From the NCBI GenBank assembly GCA_025055755.1, contig JANWWF010000005.1, positions 5,585 through 69,584 on the forward strand: 64,000 nt of DNA, in the 5' to 3' direction. The notes below the pieces were generated by a model. It did not search any database. It saw only the letters and a program-made list of their open reading frames with translations, and was not told where the DNA came from. This stretch comes from Candidatus Kapaibacterium sp. (lineage in GTDB: Bacteria; Bacteroidota; Ignavibacteria; Kapaibacteriales; NICIL-2). The position numbers and the translations under genes are program-made. Of this stretch, positions 29,788-37,819 are shown one piece after another; within the stretch, counting starts at the first letter, position 1, and every line of letters begins with the position of its first letter.

Positions 29788-30759
29788 TTAGTAATCGAAC
29801 TGTCCCCGCAATTTCCAAACGTAACGGGAGCGAATTTGCTGGGTAAAAATTTCGTTGCGGACTCTGCATTGGACATCCGCCGCAAGGTCAGTCGTTGCCA
29901 TTTCCACAAATCCCGCTTTATGAAGCTCGACAGTATGGGCGCAACGTCCCTGTCCCCCGATAATCTCAACGAAGCGTTGGATATTGTACAGTTTGACTCG
30001 CTCTAAAGTTGGGCGGAGGCTATCGCTTTCGGTTCGAAGCACGAACACAGGTCCACGCTGTTCGACTATCCGCGTGCGGGCACGTGGATCGCGTAGCTCG
30101 ATGCCATCGGCTAAAATCACAAATGGCTTCTGCCAAAGCGAATCAATTGCCACTCGTCCATTGGGCAATGCTCCTTTCTGGGGGTCAGCATAGTGGGCCA
30201 ACACTGGCAGACTAATGTTTCGCAGCCAAATAAACTGCTGCAGGGAATCAAAGCCAGAAACGTTCCCCGCGCCCTCCATGACATACGAGCGCAGCCAATC
30301 GAGCATTTCACCTTCGACCGCCGCAACATCCCAGTACGGCGAATAGGTCATCTGGAATTGCCGGTTAACTGGCACCACTGCCGCTACAAAATCGGGGAAC
30401 TGCAACGGCATCTGGTCGCCCGGATTATAGCGGAGCGTATTTCCCCCACTGGAGAAGCTATACCGCAGGGAATCTATCGTTACCTGTACACTTGTTCGCC
30501 CATCACGCGGCGACTCCATCGCTTCCAAGGAAAGATAGTAGGTCAACACCCGTTGGTACTCTAACGTAGAGCTATCGCTATAAATGCGGCGAACTGTCGT
30601 CGTGTCGGTCCACTCATAGGAAAAAAGTCGTCCCACTGGAAAGCGAAGGAAAAGCGCAACAGTCTCCTTGGGCTTTTCCGGTGGCTTTTCTCCGCGGACA
30701 CCTTCCTGCGCAATCGCTGCGCTACTGAGCGCTACTAACAAAAGCACCAACAATCGCAT
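29788..30759 (-). CDS. Hypothetical secreted protein, DUF6263-like paralog
   Basis: Signal peptide MRLLVLLLVALSSAAIAQ; TIDSLRY...YNPGD...VNRQFQMTYSPYWDVAAVEG parallels the downstream gene. Confidence 0.6.
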   Translation of the reverse strand: MRLLVLLLVALSSAAIAQEGVRGEKPPEKPKETVALFLRFPVGRLFSYEWTDTTTVRRIYSDSSTLEYQRVLTYYLSLEAMESPRDGRTSVQVTIDSLRYSFSSGGNTLRYNPGDQMPLQFPDFVAAVVPVNRQFQMTYSPYWDVAAVEGEMLDWLRSYVMEGAGNVSGFDSLQQFIWLRNISLPVLAHYADPQKGALPNGRVAIDSLWQKPFVILADGIELRDPRARTRIVEQRGPVFVLRTESDSLRPTLERVKLYNIQRFVEIIGGQGRCAHTVELHKAGFVEMATTDLAADVQCRVRNEIFTQQIRSRYVWKLRGQFDY

Positions 30760-30813
30760 CGAACAACGACACCATACACCACACTGGCTGCAAATATGCA
30801 TGCCGACGCCTTG

Positions 30814-31356
30814 TTATTGTTCCCTTTGCCATGCGCTAAACAGCGCCCATGCTGCCAGCGTCATACCGTCCCAGATTGTCCCGTCGGCTATGCGAGCGGT
30901 GAGTTCGTCCCTACTGAGAACCAGCGGCAGCGTTTCCTCTACCGGATCGTTGGCTCTGGTGCAGGCACTCAAATCCCGTGCGACAAAGACGGTGCAGCGT
31001 TCGTCGGTAACACCGTTCATCGGATTGAATTCGCCGATTTGTTCAATGGTAGCTGCACCGTACCCTGCTTCTTCCTGCAATTCACGCAGCGCTTGCTGGA
31101 TCGGGAGACTTCCTTCAGCTACACCGCCGCCGGGAAATTCAATGCTCTCCCGTTGCCATAGGTAGCGGAATTGCCGCACCAGCACAAATCGCCCATCGGC
31201 AGTAATCGGTATCACCATAACCGAGCCGCGGGTGTGAACGTAGTAGTACGGCTGCTGGCTTCCGTCCCGGATGGTGTAGTAGTCCAGCCAATACTCCCAG
31301 TAGGGGTTGGCGGCAAGCTGCTGGCGGACAGCAGGACGCAAAGGATAAAGTTCCAC
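30814..31356 (-). CDS. NUDIX hydrolase (ADP-ribose pyrophosphatase-like)
   Basis: LVRQFRY, Nudix box EFPGGGVAEG....QALRELQEEAG. Confidence 0.88.
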   Translation of the reverse strand: MELYPLRPAVRQQLAANPYWEYWLDYYTIRDGSQQPYYYVHTRGSVMVIPITADGRFVLVRQFRYLWQRESIEFPGGGVAEGSLPIQQALRELQEEAGYGAATIEQIGEFNPMNGVTDERCTVFVARDLSACTRANDPVEETLPLVLSRDELTARIADGTIWDGMTLAAWALFSAWQREQ

Positions 31357-31361
31357 GGTGA

Positions 31362-31781
31362 TTAGCCCACCAGTTCCGATTCGGCAAAGAAAAAGGCAAT
31401 CTCTACCCGTGCATTTTCGGGAGAATCCGACCCATGGATGGCGTTTTCTCCCTTAGAGCGCCCAAAGCGCTTGCGAATTGTTCCTTCGGCTGCTTCAGCC
31501 GGATCAGTCGCACCGATAAGCGCACGGAAATCGGCAACAGCATTGTCCTTTTCGAGCACCATTGGCACAACTGGTCCACTACTCATAAAGCGCACTAACT
31601 CAGCGTAGAAGGGGCGTTCGCGGTGGACGGCGTAGAATGCTCCAGCTTGTTCAGCACTCAGCCGTACAAGCTTCATCGCGCGGATACGAAAGCCCGCCTG
31701 TTGAATTTGGGCAATTATCTCACCGACTACGCCAGCCGCAACTGCATCAGGCTTGATGATCGCAAGAGTACGTTCAGGCAT
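31362..31781 (-). CDS. ndk: Nucleoside diphosphate kinase
   Basis: [35 protein letters not shown] catalytic His. Confidence 0.97.
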   Translation of the reverse strand: MPERTLAIIKPDAVAAGVVGEIIAQIQQAGFRIRAMKLVRLSAEQAGAFYAVHRERPFYAELVRFMSSGPVVPMVLEKDNAVADFRALIGATDPAEAAEGTIRKRFGRSKGENAIHGSDSPENARVEIAFFFAESELVG

Positions 31782-31785
31782 TGGT

Positions 31786-32829
31786 TTATTTCGGTTCGTT
31801 GGACTTACGAGACGAGGTTTTAGAGGATGTGGACGTTGTCGAGGATTTTGTTGCAGACTTTGTCGCTGTTTTCGCTGCAGCTTTTGTGGTCGTTTTCTTT
31901 GCTGGAGATTTGGCAGGTACTGTTTTGGCAGCCTCTTGCAATCGCTCTGCGACTGCGCGCCCGATATGGGCCGGAGACTCAACTACTGTCACACCTGCTG
32001 CATGGAGCGCTGCAACTTTTGCCTCGGCAGTTCCTTTGCCCCCGCTGATGATCGCTCCCGCATGCCCCATTCTACGTCCTGGGGGAGCAGTCCGCCCCGC
32101 GATGTACGCAATGACAGGCTTCCGCACATGAGCTGCAATGTATTCAGCGGCTTCTTCTTCGGCAGTTCCACCGATTTCGCCGATCAGCACAATTGCTTCC
32201 GTCTGAGAATCGGCATTGAATAGCTCCAGTGCATCCACAAAGCGCGTACCCACAATCGGATCGCCCCCGATACCGACACAGGTGCTTTGCCCAATACCCA
32301 AGCTGGTCAATTGCCACACTGCTTCGTAGGTCAGCGTTCCCGAGCGGGAAACAATCCCCACTGGTCCCGGTGTTGCGATAAAGCCAGGCATGATGCCAAT
32401 CTTGCACTCCCCAGGCGTGAGCAATCCCGGGCAGTTCGGTCCAACCAACCGCGAGCGTGAGCCGCGGAGCGCTGCCCACACCAAGCGCATGTCGCGGACG
32501 GGTATGCCCTCAGTGATCGCGACAATGAGGGGAACTTCCGCTTCGATTGCCTCCAGGATTGCATCGGCAGCCATGGGCGCAGGAACGAATATGCATGTCG
32601 CGTTCGCGCCCGTTGCTGCTACTGCCTCGCGGACCGTGTTGAACACAGGCACCTCGTAGGCAAAGGAATCTGCCCCCTTTCCCTGGTAAGAGGTTCCGCC
32701 TTTGCCGGGAGTAACTCCCCCCACAACGCGCGTTCCATACGCAATCATCTGGGCAGTGTGGAAGGTACCTTCCGAGCCAGTGATGCCCTGCACGATAAGC
32801 CGAGTTTGACTGTTACAGAGAATGCTCAT
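31786..32829 (-). CDS. sucD: Succinate--CoA ligase alpha subunit with 48-aa basic C-terminal tail
   Basis: [59 protein letters not shown]. Confidence 0.96.
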   Translation of the reverse strand: MSILCNSQTRLIVQGITGSEGTFHTAQMIAYGTRVVGGVTPGKGGTSYQGKGADSFAYEVPVFNTVREAVAATGANATCIFVPAPMAADAILEAIEAEVPLIVAITEGIPVRDMRLVWAALRGSRSRLVGPNCPGLLTPGECKIGIMPGFIATPGPVGIVSRSGTLTYEAVWQLTSLGIGQSTCVGIGGDPIVGTRFVDALELFNADSQTEAIVLIGEIGGTAEEEAAEYIAAHVRKPVIAYIAGRTAPPGRRMGHAGAIISGGKGTAEAKVAALHAAGVTVVESPAHIGRAVAERLQEAAKTVPAKSPAKKTTTKAAAKTATKSATKSSTTSTSSKTSSRKSNEPK

Positions 32830-32953
32830 AACCGCATGCACGCAGTACAACTTTTTCAACAGGCTGCAAAGTTACGGCATTCGCCTATGCGATGAGAATC
32901 CAATCACTGCCAGCACGGTGTTATCAAGTCGAAAAACATCTCCTGCTCTGCGC

Positions 32954-32989
32954 AAAAAAGACGTGGCGCTGCTTTCTGCGCAGCGCCAC
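32954..32989 (-). terminator. Intrinsic terminator after the T9SS-cargo gene
   Basis: Minus strand GTGGCGCTGC-(7 nt)-GCAGCGCCAC perfect 10-bp stem then GTCTTTTTT. Confidence 0.7.
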
Positions 32990-33051
32990 CACCTGGATTG
33001 CACGGAGTGCTACTGCCCTCTACCACAACTTACTTGGACAAAGCAGATGCC

Positions 33052-34521
33052 TTACCGCTCAATAAGGACGGGCACAATCATACTGCGCGTCCCACGCTGT
33101 AGGCGCACAAAGTAGACGCCCCTGGCCACCGCCGGAATCGGTACTACATGCTCGCCGGCTGCTTTCCAGCCCTCGCAGAGCACCGCACAGCGACTGCCCC
33201 GAAGGTCGTACAGCTCCAGCGTGACATTTGTAGCTTCGTCAACAAAGAACCGGATGACTCCCTGCTCGACCGTCGGTGGGCTTTCCACCGAAGGTGTAGA
33301 AGTCACACTAACGGTTGTCGTGTCAAGCCGCCATGCAGCAATGTAGTTGACCCGCAGGTTGTTACTTCCAACTGTCGTAAAACCACCGCCAACGTACAAC
33401 CGCGATTGGTCTCTGCCAAATGCCGTCACTCTGCCACTGGTCCCAGACTCCAATGTATCCCATCGGGCAGTGGCAAAATCGTACACCGCAAGGTTACGGG
33501 CAGGAATTGTTCCCGCCGTGTCAAAACTGCCTCCGACGTACAACCGCTTCCCATCGGTATGCAGAGCAAACACCGCGTAGTACTTCACCGGGGACCGTGC
33601 CGTATCGCGCCATACGCCGCCGGCAAGCTCGCTCCACTGGTGTGTGCGGAGATTGTACACCGCAAGCGCACGAATACGCCCATGCTCACCCAGCGTCTCA
33701 AACTCTCCTCCCACAATCAGGCTATCGCCCACGCGGACAATAGCAGAAGGGGCTGCAACCACATCATCGGTCACTAAAAACCGCGCGCCGGGCACACTAT
33801 CCCATCGCTGAGTGCGAACATCATAGCGTGCCATCCCCTGTGCCGGGATACCGTCAACATGCGTGAAAAAGCCGATGACATAGAGGCTGCTATCTACCTT
33901 GAGCACCTTGCTAATTCCACCGCTTCTTACAACAGTATCTCTTCGTTCTTCGAAATTGCCGAGTGCCTGCCATGTGCGCGTTCGCAGATTGTACACTGCC
34001 ATTCCCGACATCGGAATGCCGTTGATGCTCCGGAAAGTCCCGCCAACGTAGAGCCGCTCCCCATCCAAATACAGATCAAAGACAGCGCCGCCCCATCCTG
34101 CAGCGCGGACGCTATCGGTTAGGCATTCCCACTGCTGCGTGCGGAGATTCCAAATTGCTAACCTGTCACATGGCGCCGTTCCTACACGCTCGAAACTACC
34201 ACCAACAAAAAGGAGAGTATCGCTCCCTTGTACTGCCAATCGCAAAGTTTGAACATTTGAGTTGACCGAGCCTCCGACATCATACCACCGCCGGTCTGCC
34301 CAGCTCCAGCGGGCAATCATCGATGCTGATACATTCCCCGCCCGTGTGAACACACCGCCAACGTACACATCGTTCCCTACCGGCACAATTGCCTCGATGG
34401 TCGGAACGGGGGAATACAGTCCATTCCCCAGCGCCTCCCACCGCGTCGTCTGAGCATGAGCAAAAGACGCAAGCACAAGCACCATGCTAAAACGAACACT
34501 CCAGAGCACATCGCTTTTCAT
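33052..34521 (-). CDS. T9SS-secreted 7-bladed beta-propeller (Rax2/kelch-like repeats) protein
   Basis: Signal peptide (..ASFAHAQ); 7 repeats L(Y/F/I)V(G/I)GxF...(A/L)xW/Y; CTD LELYDLRG...GVYFVRL; ATGA overlap with upstream gene. Confidence 0.8.
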   Translation of the reverse strand: MKSDVLWSVRFSMVLVLASFAHAQTTRWEALGNGLYSPVPTIEAIVPVGNDVYVGGVFTRAGNVSASMIARWSWADRRWYDVGGSVNSNVQTLRLAVQGSDTLLFVGGSFERVGTAPCDRLAIWNLRTQQWECLTDSVRAAGWGGAVFDLYLDGERLYVGGTFRSINGIPMSGMAVYNLRTRTWQALGNFEERRDTVVRSGGISKVLKVDSSLYVIGFFTHVDGIPAQGMARYDVRTQRWDSVPGARFLVTDDVVAAPSAIVRVGDSLIVGGEFETLGEHGRIRALAVYNLRTHQWSELAGGVWRDTARSPVKYYAVFALHTDGKRLYVGGSFDTAGTIPARNLAVYDFATARWDTLESGTSGRVTAFGRDQSRLYVGGGFTTVGSNNLRVNYIAAWRLDTTTVSVTSTPSVESPPTVEQGVIRFFVDEATNVTLELYDLRGSRCAVLCEGWKAAGEHVVPIPAVARGVYFVRLQRGTRSMIVPVLIER

Positions 34522-36308
34522 TGCTTCACCGTTCGAGATGGTGGCACATCCAGGGCATAGTACACCACGCTGGTCTTCCACGGTCCTTGGTAAAGTCCGG
34601 CAACAGACTTTCTCGCAGCATCCCAGACGATGTTAACAAGTTGCTGCTTCTTGTACTCGCGGGGCAGTTGCCATTCTCCCTTCAGCGTTTTCGTCTGCAG
34701 GTCATACTGCTGCACCACCCAAAAGCCGTAGTCATTATCACGCAGTGGGTGGCCCTGTTGCTTGATTTTCCAGAGCACCCACACATGCGCAGGGGTCAAA
34801 ATCACTCGCTTTATCTCCGCACCAGCAGAATCGAGAAGGTATTCTATCTCCTCCGCTGTCGGAGTTGTTTGCTTTTCCTCACGCTGCGCTGTGTCGAGCA
34901 TCGCTTTATTCCAGTAGTGACGCAGCGGTATTCGATCTCCATCGCTAAATTCAATTTCTATCCCCAGCCACTGCGCCCACGCACACCGCTCTCTTTCCGT
35001 ATCGCAACCAAGAATGTTTGAATCGTGTTCGAGAGAAAATCCGATTCCGTACTTTTTTCGGAGCTTGCTAAGAGAGCCGTAAGTATCCCCGAGAAAGCCA
35101 CCGCTCTCGAAACTGAATACACCAAAAAGTGGCGAAATGGTATAATACTCATCGGCAAAGGGATTGTCGTATGGATTGGCTGGAATTGTATCACCAGCTT
35201 CTATTCGCCCGCGGAAAAAGGGAAGGCAGAATTTGTCTTTGCTCGCGATAACTAATCCCTCTGAAGGTGAGAAGAATGCATTCCTATCCTGCACACATTC
35301 TCTACAATAGCTGGGTATGTACAAGTTGTCAATTTCAATGGAAGAAATAGGTGAGCACTGTGGCAATTGGTATCCGAGCAAATGATAGCTTTTCCATATC
35401 CCTGTAGCACTTGAGTCACGGCTCGGCCAGCGGCGGTATGATTGAACATAGTAGCTGACCTGAATAGTCCACAATACCGACTCATCATCAAATTGCGGGC
35501 GCAGTAGGGCACTGTGTAAGTACGGTTCTATATCCTTGTACGCCGAATCAGAAAGGAACCATGACAGCGCCCGGCTAACTACTTTGAACGGTCGTAAACA
35601 GCAAATCAGCTTCCCTGACAGTGCTTCATAAACGCAAACACTAAGATTAGTGCCATCCCACAAAGCCAACCATTTCCCACACGGCGAAATTACCGGATGC
35701 CATAGAAGACCTACCCCCGTTGTGCTGTCATCTTCCAATTCTACGACCTGGCTTATACGAGCATAGGGCCACTTGCCTTCCTGAATCCCTACCGACTGTG
35801 CATAAACTTGTGACTCAAAATTCGGCAAGAGCGGTTGGGAAGAAGCCGATAGCGAATCAAGGAAACGCTGTAGCAACGGACCTGTTGGAACACGCTCAAC
35901 GTGACTCCACCACCATAGTGCACCGGTGGAATCCCAAATTGTGAGTACCGGAAGATCTGAGCTTCTCAGCCCAACTGCTCGCAGCACAGCACCTGTTGAG
36001 TCAATGTACAAAGGGACGTTCCACCCCAGCGAACGCAGGTACGCAATCTCGCTATAGTAGCGCCTTATGCCTACAATCGCGGTTATAGATCCACTAAACT
36101 TTTGCTGCCTCAATTGCTCGATGAGCACTCCAATAAGCGCATCTCCTGCAGGAAATAGCCGCGGACGAGGCACGATAAACATTGCATGGAATCGTGCTCG
36201 CTCTGGTTGCTTTTGCAGGTAATTGCGGAAAAATTCGGACCTGACCCCCAGCTTAGAGCTTTGGGCTGCTACGGAGTAGCATAGGATGAACAACACTACT
36301 GCTGTCAT
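34518..36308 (-). CDS. Secreted hypothetical protein: thioredoxin-like domain lacking CxxC plus probable beta-propeller
   Basis: Signal peptide MTAVVLFILCYSVAAQ; VPLYIDSTGAVLRAVGL..DLPVLTIWDSTG redoxin-like; PVISPCGKWLALWD propeller-like blade. Confidence 0.6.
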   Translation of the reverse strand: MTAVVLFILCYSVAAQSSKLGVRSEFFRNYLQKQPERARFHAMFIVPRPRLFPAGDALIGVLIEQLRQQKFSGSITAIVGIRRYYSEIAYLRSLGWNVPLYIDSTGAVLRAVGLRSSDLPVLTIWDSTGALWWWSHVERVPTGPLLQRFLDSLSASSQPLLPNFESQVYAQSVGIQEGKWPYARISQVVELEDDSTTGVGLLWHPVISPCGKWLALWDGTNLSVCVYEALSGKLICCLRPFKVVSRALSWFLSDSAYKDIEPYLHSALLRPQFDDESVLWTIQVSYYVQSYRRWPSRDSSATGIWKSYHLLGYQLPQCSPISSIEIDNLYIPSYCRECVQDRNAFFSPSEGLVIASKDKFCLPFFRGRIEAGDTIPANPYDNPFADEYYTISPLFGVFSFESGGFLGDTYGSLSKLRKKYGIGFSLEHDSNILGCDTERERCAWAQWLGIEIEFSDGDRIPLRHYWNKAMLDTAQREEKQTTPTAEEIEYLLDSAGAEIKRVILTPAHVWVLWKIKQQGHPLRDNDYGFWVVQQYDLQTKTLKGEWQLPREYKKQQLVNIVWDAARKSVAGLYQGPWKTSVVYYALDVPPSRTVKQ

Positions 36309-36351
36309 TCTTGACCTATGTTTTTTCTTAAAACTATAACAAAAAGCAACC

Positions 36352-36654
36352 CTATGGTAAGTCAACGTACGCCTCGGTACCATCCGCGTTAGTCCCAAGT
36401 AAATGGCACGGAGATTGGAAGGTCAACTGTTCATCGTCGTACAACTGTAAATCATCAGGAAATTGGGGATTGGAGGGATAGACATTGCGAATGATAATCG
36501 CGCAGGGAGTTCGTGAGGGTCGTTCACAAATTACCGTTCCATCAGGACGGCATATTCCCTTCTTTCCGTAGAGGATGACTATCGGTATTCCATACGCCTC
36601 CGTGGCAGTTCCCAGAAGCATCACCACGAACAGTGATAAGACAGCCTTCCACAT
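36352..36654 (-). CDS. Small secreted 4-Cys protein (100 aa)
   Basis: Clear signal peptide MWKAVLSLFVVMLLGTATEAYG; mature part with 4 Cys; fills an otherwise empty gap, co-oriented with downstream genes. Confidence 0.65.
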   Translation of the reverse strand: MWKAVLSLFVVMLLGTATEAYGIPIVILYGKKGICRPDGTVICERPSRTPCAIIIRNVYPSNPQFPDDLQLYDDEQLTFQSPCHLLGTNADGTEAYVDLP

Positions 36655-36688
36655 AGCAATCACCTGAGTGGAACAACACCTTCCTTTT

Positions 36689-36805
36689 CGCTCTCCCCTG
36701 CAGGCGCGGCTGGTAATACAGCGCTGCAGTAGTGCCCTGGAAAGCGCCGCACACCTCTTCCCACTCACCACCACACCGTTGTATTACCACTGCAGGGAAG
36801 GAGCG
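36689..36805. other. Long imperfect inverted repeat / rod-like RNA hairpin
   Basis: TGGTAATACA(36711-20)/TGTATTACCA(36780-89) and CCCTGCAG/CTGCAGGG arms; further G-U pairing only on the minus strand. Confidence 0.6.
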
Positions 36806-36831
36806 GCAGCGCGAACCTGCACAACGCATGT

Positions 36832-36865
36832 AAAAAAAATTAACTCGCAGTAAAATCGAGATTAA
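36832..36865 (-). terminator. Probable intrinsic terminator after the NlpC/P60 gene
   Basis: TTAA-CTCG...CGAG-A-TTAA stem followed on minus strand by a run of T. Confidence 0.45.
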
Positions 36866-36923
36866 ACTTCATCATTCTGTCACACAAGCTTTGCCGCAGC
36901 GAGAACTATCCCCCTTCCTCCGT

Positions 36924-37676
36924 TCACCGCAACTCAGAACGCAGGGCAAGGTGCTGGAGGTCCCCAAGCGTCAAGCGGCGCCCGCCCAAGAAACGGGTGC
37001 GGTAGTACGTGCTCTCCAACGAGGAAATCGTCACCCCATAGCGCGAGCTGGCATGCGCAAAGAGATTATCGCCCAAATAGATGCCCACATGCGACACCCA
37101 CGCATGGCGACGGGTGTGGAAAAATACCAAATCGCCAAACTGGAGCTGGTCGGCTCGTTCGATAGGTTGCCCATACGCAAATTGCTCCTGTGCAGTACGC
37201 GGCAACAATGCCCCCGTGCACGTCCGAAAAAGCGCTTGCATAAATGCCGAGCAGTCGATTCCTTCTTCCGTCGTTCCCCCGAAGCGATAGGGACGTCCCA
37301 GCCACTCCATGACAAATTCCATCACTTTGCGGGGGGAAAGTCCCGAGGGAAGTTCTTCTCCCTCCAGAAATGCCATCCAGAGTGTTCGAATAGTGGCAAT
37401 ATCCACAGGGACATCGTCTTCGCGAGCGACTTCGTCAGCGTCATCACCATCGAGCACTTCCGGTTCACCACTGCGCAAGCCCGCCAGTTGCTGGAGCGAT
37501 GGAGAAGCCTGCGTTGCCAGAAGATTCATCGCCAGGCGCTTGCCTTCTTGCGTGCGGCAAAGCCGTCCACTAATGCGCCGCTTCGGGCTTTTCTTTTTTC
37601 CTGCCGCAAGCACTGGTTCTACTACCCCCATTCCAAAGAGCATTGCCACGACAATACAGAGCACAAACGGACGCAT
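36924..37676 (-). CDS. NlpC/P60 (C40) peptidoglycan endopeptidase, secreted
   Basis: WLGRPYRFGG, GIDCSAF (Cys), GDLVFF, SHVGIY (His), FAHAS; signal peptide from ATG 37676. Confidence 0.92.
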   Translation of the reverse strand: MRPFVLCIVVAMLFGMGVVEPVLAAGKKKSPKRRISGRLCRTQEGKRLAMNLLATQASPSLQQLAGLRSGEPEVLDGDDADEVAREDDVPVDIATIRTLWMAFLEGEELPSGLSPRKVMEFVMEWLGRPYRFGGTTEEGIDCSAFMQALFRTCTGALLPRTAQEQFAYGQPIERADQLQFGDLVFFHTRRHAWVSHVGIYLGDNLFAHASSRYGVTISSLESTYYRTRFLGGRRLTLGDLQHLALRSELR

Positions 37677-37819
37677 GCAAGTCCTCCAACCACATAGTTC
37701 AACATTCCACTGTTCTTGGTCGCGACCGGCATCGAACAGCTCGGTCACGTGTTACCGGCCCACCGCGCCACCACTTTCCAGGCGCTACGGCAGCCGTAAC
37801 AACAGGGGCTGGTGCGTTT

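Noticed and set aside
29775-29969. N-terminal extension of the DUF6263-like lipoprotein
   Set aside because: It overlaps the upstream gene's 3' end; the signal peptide and lipobox only make sense from ~29774/29759.
31782-31982. Q/K/R-rich N-terminal extension of Ndk
   Set aside because: It is an alternative frame of the sucD low-complexity tail; Ndk homology starts at ATG 31781.
36689-36805. Assignment of the hairpin as SRP RNA, 6S RNA, cobalamin riboswitch or integron attC
   Set aside because: No SRP helix-8 CAGG/GGAA/AGCAG motif, no large central 6S bubble, no B12 box, no RYYYAAC/GTTRRRY ends; kept only as an unassigned structure.
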